From the NCBI RefSeq assembly GCF_006345805.1, contig NW_021833026.1:372001-436000 (forward strand): a stretch of 64,000 nt of DNA, given 5' to 3'. Below are positions 51,040-62,300 of the stretch, piece by piece (the first letter of the stretch is position 1; the number at the start of each line of letters is the position of its first letter). A program made the position numbers and the translations under genes. The notes below the pieces were generated by a model, which was not told where the DNA came from, made no database searches, and was given only the letters and a program-made list of their open reading frames with translations. Source of the stretch: Octopus sinensis (Eukaryota).

Positions 51040-54000
51040 TTTTTTTTTTTTTTTTTTTTTTTTTCATAAAAGAAATGTTATTATTCGAAAGAGAAGAGAT
51101 TGATTTGAGAAATCAATTGAGGAAGCCCGCTGCCTGTATGGAAAGCGAGTTCCCTCGGAGTATGGCTATTCCGATCCTTTGTCTTAGCCATACTCCTTCA
51201 CGAGGATCATTCTTCTTTGTGGCGAGCATTCTTCCGAGTTCGCGCAAGAACTCGGCAGTCGCTGGGCCAACTGCTCCTGATGACTCAGCCGCCGCAACAG
51301 GGGTGAATCTGTAGCGGTCCCCGAGGAAGGAATATTTTTTGGTTTTAAGGTTTTCCGCGATTGAGGCAGCTGCTCCAGGTGTCTGAACCGATTTAAGGAG
51401 ATTCGTGCTTGAGTAAGTATCGACGCAAGTTGCGTCCCAGACCAAAGATCGTCCGGAGTTGAAAGGGAAAAGAGTCATCCCGTCAGGTCTCTTTCCATCA
51501 CCTCGATCGAGACCCACTGGTTCAAGCTGTGCTGGGAAGCCTGCAGCCTTCAGAGCTCTGACGATCACGTCGTTCAGAGCGGCGTGACGTGGTCCTCTTC
51601 CGGCGGATCTCCTGCAGGATAGCGGGTGCAATCCCTTCGCATCGACCGTTTTCCCGCAGCGGCATCGGTGCTCCTGGCAAACGTCTAGTCCAAGTCTTTG
51701 TCCGATTCCAATCCTCAAAGAATCGTCGTCCAAAAAAGTCCCGAGATTTGGGCAAGGATTGCACCAAGCCATGCTCCGCTCCCTCCACTTGAGGCTGACA
51801 CCAGGCAAGCAAGACGATGTTGATTTGCTTCTTTTTTAAGCCCTTCTGAAATTTTGGAGCAGACAATGTTATCCCAGTTCCTTTGTTTCGTTGTGTCTTC
51901 GGGGATTTTGAGTCCTGACCCGTTCCAATCCCGGCAAGCTTCATCAAATGACTCATTCCAGCGAAGTCCAATAGTGTGACGAAGGACTTGCCGTGTCAAA
52001 TGGTTGCAGCTTGAGAGAGACGAAAGATATGCCGGGTACGCGACCTCCAGCGCCGATCTTAGACCGACACCCCCAAATCCAGAGGGAAGCTTACATTGCT
52101 TCCAACCGAGTTCGTCGAAGCGGACGTTGATTAGTGACTCAACAGTTTGTTTGAGAGATTTGTCTATCGAAAGTAGACTGTCGTAATGTTCGTGGCAGGG
52201 TGAACTTCGCAGTAGGTATAAAAGCTTGGGTAGTCCGATGTTGTTTCTCATCAGGAAGAAGGATGTGTGAGAGTCGAGGCATGACAATCTTTTTGCGAGG
52301 CGAGATAATTCTTCATTTTTAGAAAGTAGATGGTTCCTGAGTTCGTCTTCACTGAGTGGACATCCAAGGAAATATAGTTTATCAACTGGCACAGTCGGGA
52401 TCCCGGGAAGCAGTTCGTTGAAAAACTCCTTGATAGAGAGAAAGTCGGTGTTTGAGTATGAGACATTTATTAACTCTGATTTGTTAATATTGATGTCCAA
52501 TCCCAAGTGTTTTAATGCGGGAAGTGCTTGACGTAAAGAGTTGTATGTTTCCTCGAATGATCCTCCAATTGTGGCATCGTCGAGATACCAGAGATTTAGT
52601 TTGTGCGTCAATTGATCTCACAACATCATCAATTGTCAGGGCAAATAAGAGGGGTCCGAGCGGATCTCCCTGCTGGACACCAGTTTTTGATTTAATGATT
52701 TCATCATCAAAAACCAGACGTATCTTCTCCGTATGACAATTTAACAAGAGGGAAAAGCATGGGACCCTCTTCCAACACGTTTCCATAATGGAGTCTCTTC
52801 TGAGAGAATTGAATGCATTGGTTATGTCCAATTTGATTCCAATGCATTCGTTTGCAGTATTCTTCTGTGTGAAGAAACGCCTTGCTGCATGAACCGCTGC
52901 CTCACATCCGTTCTGGATACTAACACCCATTTGTTCTGGGAAGAACTCCGCACCGAGTGGGCGGCTCACGAGGGTCGAAGCAATCTTCGCTGCGAGTCTT
53001 CTGAAATAGTTTCCGACCGCAATGGGGCGGATTCCTCCGTTGGGTTTTTTGAACGCGAGTAGCCTTGCGGAGAAGAGCAATTCTCTGGCATACTCCGGGA
53101 TGTCGCCATTCACCATTTTCCTTATTAGGTCCGTGATCGATTTAACAAGACAGCGTCCTGCTTCCGAGGTGTAGGTGACGTTAGGTCCTTGATATGGCCG
53201 GGGCGTAACCCATCCAAGCCTCCGCTGCTGCTAGCGGCAAAGAAGCGATTCCGCGCCGCACTTCTGATTCGGTAATCATAATCTCTTGGGTTCCTTCAGG
53301 ATTCGAGAACTTTACATAATCACTCGGTGCACTTGGGTGCTTCTGAATTAAGGTATTCAGGACCTCGGGGGTGCTAGACAGCACGGTGTCATCGGACGTG
53401 ATAACCCGTAGGGCTGCCCGCACATCGCCCTCCAGAAGTTTCCGATTCACTCGCTCCTTCAGTTTGTTGGGGGCATCTTTGGTGAATGCTCCTCTGGTTT
53501 TGACCGCATTGGCAATAAGTGGCTGTTCAAGTATTGCGTGTATGCTATGACTGCCGTAATTCAATATTCTTCCTTTCAGTTCCCGGTTAAGTTTAGCCGG
53601 GGGTTTGTTTCTTTACTCTGGTTATCAGATTCCGTTGTAGGTGTTCCGAGTGCAACAGGTGCGAAGCATATAAGTTTTAGCCAGGATTCCCAGCTGTCAG
53701 AGGACAGTGCGTTGTCAATGAGGTCTGAAAGGCACGTTGCTGCGGCAATACGTGCTCCTTTTGGGATTTTTACTGGGATTTTCCTGGCTTTCCGGAGGTT
53801 CGAGATCTTCAAGAGAATGTGGTCAGTATGTGGTGATGTAAGTTTGGCTGAGCTGTTGTTTCCCGCCTGGGGACCTCGTTTCCAATACAGGGGGGCACTG
53901 CCAGCTTGACAGCGTCTCGGCGCAGGCTTTGCTCATTTTTATGCAGCCCAATGGGCGAATGATTCACATGGCGTGCAGTTAATTCCAAATTCCTGATATT

Positions 54001-54134
54001 CGACTGCCCACAAAAGAGACATGCCCGAGTTGTCCTCAGTGGCTTTGTTCCTCGTACTTCGTCTTCGCTTCGTTCTTTATTTTCCATCTGAGGTTTCCGT
54101 AATCACACCACAGCACACCAACGGAAGTTTTAAA
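51040..54134 (-). mobile_element. Full-length CRE-clade non-LTR retrotransposon (copy F)
   Basis: About 47-nt 5' UTR; N-terminal C/H finger; RT (GGIRPIAVG, DITNAFN, QQGDPLGP, WYLDD); CRCG..H...C finger; KRPDG REL endonuclease; 25-A tail (51040-51064); candidate 9-bp TSD ttgcttttt (51036 and 54135). The ORF is broken by several 1-2 nt indels. Confidence 0.95.
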
Positions 54135-54348
54135 TTGCTTTTTAAATAAAATTAATTTTTTTCCGAATCCATTTTTGAATGATTTTTGGTACAACTGCGA
54201 GAGACATTAAATTTGTTATTTTCGTCAATTTTTGATCTTAATATGTGAATATATTTTTGAATTATATATGAGTAACGTTTAGCTGAATTTTAGTGTTATT
54301 TTAGATATAAATTATTTATTTTAATATTGTATTTAGTGGTTTTCGATG

Positions 54349-55266
54349 ATTGCCTGGAGTATTTTTCCTTGGTAACATCTGATGTAATCAGTTTTTCCAC
54401 TGAGTATCTAATTCGGTTTGATTCATTTTCTTTGAAAGAGGCGATCCAAAATTCTTTTCAGTCTCAATCGTGCACAATGACTTTGTGATCGCTCAGTGTA
54501 AGTGCCCCTCCCATATGACCTGGCATCCAGCAATCGATGTTTTTTCTCTTGTCTACAGATGATATAATCGATTTGATTATAGATGTTGACGTACTCCCCC
54601 TTTTTGTTTCTTCTAGTCCCGGTCCACGTGGTTTTATGACGTGCCGCATGAGGAAAGACCGTATTGCATAGCAGTAGCTGAATATGCTGCAGAAGTTCAC
54701 AAGCATTCACCTGGTCATTTCTTATCCCCCGTCCGTGTCTGCCCATGAACACTTCTTCACCACGGCCTTTGCCTGCCTTAGCATTCCAATCACCGGCAAT
54801 TAGTATAAGGAAGGATGTTTTATACTCGTGTAGGTCTTTGATAGCATGTGATAGAAAGAGTCTAGTTCATCCACGTTCTTCTTCAGTCTTCCACTTTGTG
54901 GGGCGTAGACATTTATAATGCTGATTATTCGATCCGTGTTGGTCAAAGTTTTTTGTCTCAGTTGTAGTACACATATGCGGTCGTTCACACGGTAGTATTT
55001 GTGAATTGAATTCCAAAAGGTCTTATGAATGCCAAACCCCTGCCCATAATGACGTGATTCTGATGGAAGGAGAATGATTCGATACTCGTTGTGTATCTCA
55101 TCTAGCCCGCCTTTGACCTTCGTTTCTTGAAAGCATCCGATAGTTGCACCATATGCATTCAGATCCCGGCATAGGATTTTTCGCTTGGATAGGTCAGATA
55201 GTCCTCTGACATTGAATGATAGCAAAGTAAATCTCTTTGTAGCCTCATATGTGATTAAGACTTTGT
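54349..55266 (-). mobile_element. Inverted 5' part (AP endonuclease) of an RTE LINE
   Basis: LLSFNVRGL, CFQETK, INVYAPQ, GDWNAK, LCNTVF, QIDYII are APE motifs; followed by the linker RIRYSVEKLITSDVTKEKY. Confidence 0.88.
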
Positions 55267-57346
55267 GCAATAGAGTTGCGTCACTAACTCAACCGAAAAG
55301 TAACAGAAACGGTAAAAGACCCAAACAAAAGCTGGGATATATTAGAAAAACTTATTCACAAAGCTGCAACGGAAACCATTGGAACGACTGCATTCAGAAA
55401 CCACTCAAACCCATTGAATCCAAATGTTGCCGAAATGGCAACAAAACAAAAAGCCATCCAACTGAAAATTGAAAACACCAACGACAAGGAGGCAAAGGAA
55501 AAACTCAAAAGAGAACGTAGGAAAATATCGAGAACATCAAGAAGGAAAATCTTAAATACGTGAAAGCTTTATTAAACTCTCGAATATCAGAAGTTGAAGA
55601 CTTAAAGGATGGTGCGCAAATGTACGCAGCCATCAGACTACTACGCCGACGACAACAGAAAACAAAACTGGTTGTGCACGATGAACATGGGAAAACAATT
55701 GGAAACCCAATCGAAATGGTAAATACAATCGCCGACCACTTCGAAATACTATTCAATGGCAGGGCCGATGCTCTCGATGAGGGTGAAGAACGTTATCTAA
55801 ACAACAAAATAACACACCTTGAAGTTTTGAAGGCTATAAAAAATTAAAAAACAACCGTGCGGCGGGTCCAGACAACATCAACGGTGAATTGATAAAGTAC
55901 TCCCCAATGGAGATCTCAACTATAATCACAAATCTCCTGAACGAGATGTTCCATGGAAATACCATACCGCCTATTGGGAAAGGAACGCTAATTCCTCTCC
56001 AAAAACCCAACAAGCCGCAAGGTCCTCTTAACAACATTCGCCCAATCATACTCTTGAACACAATAAGGAAAATCTTCTCGCTCGTAACACTGGAACGTAT
56101 TAAGGACCCTGTTAATGAATATCTGTCGGCTAGCCAAAGTGGATTCAGGCCTGGGCGATCAACTGCAGATGTAGTATGGGGACATAGATGGATCTGTGCC
56201 ATATCTCAGAAATTTAAAATGGCGACCACAATATTGGGCATTGATATGAGCAGGGCATTTGATACAATCCGCAGAGACAAGCTAATGGAGATCCTCAAAA
56301 CTATTCTTGACAATGACTCGATCAGAATGGTTCGAGCACTACTTATAGACACCGAGTTAACGGTGAAGATCGGACCCGTACAATCAAGATCTTTCAAAAC
56401 AAGCATTGGAACGCCCCAAGGTGATTCAATATCACCTGTACTATTCATTGTCTATCTTGAAGCGGCACTAAGAGATCTGAGAAAACTAGTGAAGTCTACT
56501 TCAATAACTGAAGTGATATATGCCGACGATGTAGACTTTTTGTCTCATGATAAGTCGACTCTCGAAGAACTGCTGAACATTGCTCCTCAGGCACTGGAAA
56601 AATGGTTCTTAAAAGTGAACATAGAAAAAACCGAATATGTAACAATCAACCGGGAGGCAAATAGAACAGACGAAAAATGGCGAAACTCGAAAAAAGTTGG
56701 AACTCTTTTAGGAGATAGTGAAGACATTATGAGGAGAAAGATGCTATCGACTGTTGCACTTAACAAACTGCGGACCACTTGGCTACGAAACCGCGAGGTT
56801 GGAACGGCCTTACGTGCCAAATTATACAATGCTTTTATTAAACCCATACTTTTGTACAACGGAGGAACATGGGGAATATCTGAGTCTGAATCAAAATCTC
56901 TTGATGCATTCCATAGAAGACAGTTAAGAATTCTTATTGGCATCAACTGGCCAAAGAAAATCAAGAACTCCACCCTATACAATATCTGCAACAGCAGACC
57001 CGTCAGTGTGGACATTACCGAAGCACGTTGGCGCCTATTGGGCCACATTCTAAGACTCGACCAGGATGTTTATGCTAACTGGGCAATGGAATCATATTAC
57101 GCAAAGGACGAAAGATCTGCGTCCCGAGGACGCCCACGAAATACATTACCTATTGTAATCTCAAAAGAACTACAACGCGTTAAAAGACAACTGAAAAATG
57201 GAGACGACCTAGATACTCTCAGGAGTATAGCATACAACCGCACATCATGGAAAATTATGACCGAAAAGATAGTCTCATATGTGGCACATGTGGGAACTTA
57301 ATTAGTTTAAATTACATTATGTTCCTATGACAGTGCTAATAATAAT
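55267..57346 (+). mobile_element. RTE LINE 3' part (linker, reverse transcriptase, TAA tail)
   Basis: AAGPDNI, PLQKPNKP..NIRPIILL, QSGFRPGRST, GIDMSRAFD, GTPQGDSISP, YADD; stop at 57301; taataataat tail at 57337-57346. Confidence 0.93.
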
Positions 57347-57404
57347 ATAATTTTAGTGGTTATCCAATTGGTAAATAATAATAAAATAATATTTTTAGAA
57401 AACC

Positions 57405-58455
57405 ATGTTTTCGTTGCGCCATATTGGAGCTAAATTTACCCCCAGCAGAAGGACGTTCATTGGTTTAGAAATCTAATTACTTGCAGAATCAGAAAACTAC
57501 GGACCAATCTCTCCTTGGCATGATATTCCTTTATACTCCGACAACTCATCCCCCCTCATAAATATGGTAGTAGAAATCCCTCGTTGGACAAATGCAAAAA
57601 TGGAAGTCTCAACCCCAAATCCCCTAAAATAGATCGACAGAACAAGCCCACTCAATCCAATCAAGCAAGACTCTAAAAAAGGCAAACTCCGCTTCGTCCA
57701 CAACATTTTTCCCTATCACGGGTACATCTGGAATTACGGAGCCATCCCCCAAACCTGGGAAGACCCGTTTGTGGCCCATCCTGACACGGATTGTGTGGGC
57801 GACAACGACCCCGTCGATATTTGTGAGATTGGAAGTCAAGTACGGTCTCCACTCATCCAAAGATCCTCGATTCCGGTCATGTTTGTACTGTCAAAGTCCT
57901 CGGAGTCCTCTGTTTGGTGGACCAGGGCGAGACCGACTGGAAGGTCATCGCTATTTCCACTGCCGACCCCCTTGCCCCTCAACTAAATGGTTTTTAATGG
58001 CAAAAACATGATTAGACATTGAGGACGTTGAGAAATATATGCCGGGACTTCTTTCTGTATGTTTTTTTGTGGGATTTTTAAGGCCACGCGAGATTGGTTT
58101 CGAGATTATAAAAAACCGGACAATAAGCCGTCCAACGAGTTCGGTTTGAACGGAGAATATCGCGGATTTGTTTGTTTTTGTGTTTATTGTAGGAATATGC
58201 GATGGATGTGGTCAGACAGAGTCACGAGTCGTGGAGGAGGTTGATGGAGACTCCCTCATTGAAGGGGGACAATTCGTTGATTAATGTCACATTGGATAAT
58301 CCGGAGTCGGTGGTGGATGTGAAACGATTTTTGGATAATGTAGTTTTGGGTTTTATGAGCAGGCGAATGGGAGGGTGTGTCTGACTGAGAGGGCTGAGTC
58401 GGGTTGGTTTTGGGGGTCATTTTTAGGTGATAATACGTGGTATTTTGTCGAGTAA
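57405..58455 (+). CDS. Soluble inorganic pyrophosphatase (family I, PPA1/PPA2-like)
   Basis: [79 protein letters not shown]; introns of 23-27 nt; 3' end inferred. Confidence 0.93.
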
Positions 58456-59305
58456 TTTCTGCTTTTAACTTTCGGTTTGGTTTTTTTTATTTTGTGGCTT
58501 TTTGTGTATTTTGGGTCTATTTATTTATTGATTAATCTGTGAATTAGGCATCTATTAAATTGTTAATTAGTTTTAATGATTTTATTTTTAACAATCTTTG
58601 TTAATGAATAAGTTAATTAACTATTTTATAAGTTTGGCTGATCATGGGATTAAGTTCTTCATTCGAATCTCACTAATTAAAGTAATTAGTTACTCATATG
58701 CCATTGTGAAAGATTTGTGTCATCATCCATGATTTCACAAATTATTTTGTAAAGAAAACACGTTGGACAATAATATTTGTTAAAAAAACTCATCTTCATT
58801 GTGAGACTTTCAAACACGGGAGTATGCGGAATAAATCTGACAGAATCGAAAGGCATTTTAATATTTTTAAAGTGACAAATCCAATTTATAATAACGAAAC
58901 AATTTATGATAATTATGTATATTTAATTAGCAGCAGAGGATAGGATGGAATGGCAATTCCCACGCAAGATGGCTATTGATATGCGTTTTTAAAGTTCTAC
59001 GTTGCATTACTAAACGCTGCGTGAAACGCAATTTTTTTAGGTTTTGAATGATGACACATCCCTATTAGGATTTGGATAATGTGCCACATTATATTAAATG
59101 TCTTTTAATTCAAAATCGTAAAAATTCTCAAATCCACGATATATTCCAAGGTAGGAATGATAACCAAATTGATTTAAAACAGAAGTCTTATCTAAGGTCT
59201 CTTTTTAACATGTTATCATACATACTGTATGCATGTAACATACAGGAATATTCTGGTCGTCTAATGGGCAAGGACAATAAATAATTTCATTTCACTCGTT
59301 AATAC

Positions 59306-62300
59306 TCACTTCTTTTTAAAAAATTTTTTCTTTTTTTTATTTCCATCGAGTCCAAGAAGCCTTCTCGCCTTGTCTTCTTGCTTTTGGGGATGAGAAACAC
59401 GGGGACTCCCCTTTCTGTTGATTTTGAGTCGTTGTTTGATAGCCTATAGATTTAAGAAAAAATTAAGTCACATGAGTCACAATCATCTTCTGATAGTCAT
59501 TCTTGACAGACATAAACAGATCTAACCAACTGAACATTCGATCGTGGTATTCCAATGTTGGAATTGTGATGGAAAAGTTGCTAAATTCCAAAAACTTGTT
59601 ATCCAAACTCTGCAAAATTATCGAGACAAAACAACCTTAAAACTAATTAGAAGGGGAACTTGAGTGATCTTGACGTACACAAACTGCATGTTGGAGGCTG
59701 CCCTGTCCTGGGGTGAGTGGGGAGGGTACTTTCATGATAGTCACGTCGTCCCGATATTCGGAGGACCCACTCTCCTTACTCCGCTTATTCTTTATGGATA
59801 TCCCTACAAATGAACTCATCGACACACCAGATGACTGACTGAAGAAGAATTGAACCACCAACAAGTAAAAGTCGTAGGTGAGGTAGGCGGATGTGGGGGC
59901 TACATTGATCTCCAAATGTTCCTTCATGGATATTCCCCCAACTGGGACTCCCTCCCGACAGTATATCCGCACTGAGGGACTATGGGCAGATGGGTTCTCC
60001 TCGTCCGTAGGAATAATCACGTCCTTCAGAATAAGTGAGGACACAACTCTGTAAAACGAGTTGGGATGCAGATCCGACACCTTAAACCAACCCAAGTGAA
60101 GTAAATGTGACTTGGTGTCGTCTGCAGACCCAATTTTGTTATATCTAATCATGCCAGGACAGAAAATGACAGAAAGTTGCTGATAATGACATTGAGTTGA
60201 CTGTCGTCATGAGTGATAGTCCACTCTGCGTGCTTGAAACATATCTCGAGGGTGTGAAGTGGGGCAGTGAGGTCTGGGAGAGTCAGTGAGTGTGCTAGCA
60301 AGTGATGTCTCCTCTTATTATAGCAACTAAGAATACAACAAGGAAGACTGATACCACAACATATGTGACAATTCTTGACTTGTGCTGTACAACTCCTTTC
60401 GAGTAGATTTGATTCGATCCCTCAGTCTGGTGAGTAGTTCACTCCGCCCGCCGTGCTCACGAACCAGAAAGTAATGCTCTCTCTCCAGTTTCCTCCACTC
60501 CCCTGCCAACTCTCTGCACTTGTCAATACAAACAGACCTGAGGACGTTCTTCAGTTCGAATATACGATTAAGGTGTTCCGGAAGTGTGCACAAGTCGAGT
60601 TGGAGTCTCATTTCCTGCAGTCTGTCCAACGACCTTTTACGTTCGGGATCAAAGTAGAGAAGGAGGTTGTTCACAATGTCAATAATCACCGAATATTGCC
60701 ATTTGTTAGTCGATATTGACAGGTCGTGGTGAAGCATTGTGAATGTCTCCAGACTGTCCTCGTCCTCGGAGGGAGGCTGGCCATCACTCACCAACAATTC
60801 CTCGATGGCCGCGTAGGACGAGTAGAATATGTCACACCGACACCTCGACACTATTCTCTCCAGATTGCCCCCTTCGTTCGCATTGGCAAAATACTGCATA
60901 ATATGGCCCACTCACCTCCATTGAGTCGATAGTCCCAATCCAACTTATTTTCGACCTCAGACCGTTGTTCTTCCACACCAATCCGTGCTCACGTTGGAAG
61001 AACTGGGCTTTCTTAGCCACAGCCATAATGAAGCCCGATTGGACCACCAAACTCAACTGGACATTCCTAAATTCGACTGCACTCAGTCAGTCCACTCACC
61101 CAAACAATTCCGACTTGTCACATCATTACTTCCACACGACTTTGGCCCTGACAGATCATCCACCAGACATGTCTGTGTCTACCAATCAACACATTCCATC
61201 ACCACGTCTCCAGTCACGTAAAACTTGTTTTCCACGTCGGCCACCAGTCGCTCCAACAAGTCCGGAGTCCACTCATCTTGCTCGACCAACTCCTCTCTGG
61301 ATTTGACCACCTTCTGTTCGTGTCGTTCAATGCAGGAGATTATCCCCGAAAGTAAATTACGGCGGAGAATGACCCCTCGTTGGTAGTGATTCATCAACTC
61401 ATAAAATACGGCTCTGTTCTCGTTAGTCCACCTCACCACAGTGTCCTTCACTATTACATTGTGTTTGTGCTGAATGTCAATATAACTACATGCCTGGTAG
61501 GTTGACTCGATCTCCGTGGAGGCCGTGGGGGGAGACAATCTGGTCTCGATTGGGGAGTGGTAATATCGCAGTCTAACATGTAACCAAAAACACTCACGAG
61601 TCAAACTTAATCAGAAAATTGGCTTCCTCACTTTTATTACCGAACAAGTCAACGTTGACCCTCTCCTGTATGAAATGAAAAGACTTGATTTTCCACACAG
61701 TGACTGGTCGTCTGAGTACATTCCCTTGGAGGGGGAGGACAGAGTAGTCCAGGGAACTGTCCAAGGACACGGAACCCCCCTTTAGTTGTACTCCATGCAC
61801 CATTTCCCCCGTCATCCAGTATTCAATCACAAAACTGTCCAGATTCATAGCAATGTTAAACTCTCTACTCATAGTGGAATATATCACCTGAAATGGCGAG
61901 AAAGTTGTATTCTTTTGTAGAATGGTCGTCCAAAGAGAGGACCCAGGCGGATCGGACGGGTGAGTTGTTGGATTGTGGTCTACAGGTGGTCAAGTGAAGA
62001 CAACAATAATGTCGAATATCCAATTAATCGACCCCGAATAGAATTTGAGAGACGAGAGAGAAACATTACTCGAAATACTCAACTTGACATCCATCCCACT
62101 CGACCTGAAAGCCCGGAATGTGTCGTGTGTCTGCATCACTCAAATATTCTCACCAAAACATCCGCGACGTACTCCCGGTGGATTGGAATCACCGTGAAAT
62201 GAGAGTAAGCATCACCAGGACATATCCAGGAGACTTTGGCCCTACCACTCAGCCAGAAAACACCACTCAAAGCAGGCATTCGGAATATGCACCAGTCGAT

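Noticed and set aside
51113-54087. Programmed ribosomal frameshifting in CRE copy F
   Set aside because: Too many breaks, in both directions, without slippery-site or pseudoknot context; CRE elements are single-ORF. Decay or sequencing error is more likely.
51036-54330. CRE targeting of spliced-leader RNA genes, as in trypanosomatids
   Set aside because: Flanks of the five insertions share no sequence and show no SL-RNA features.
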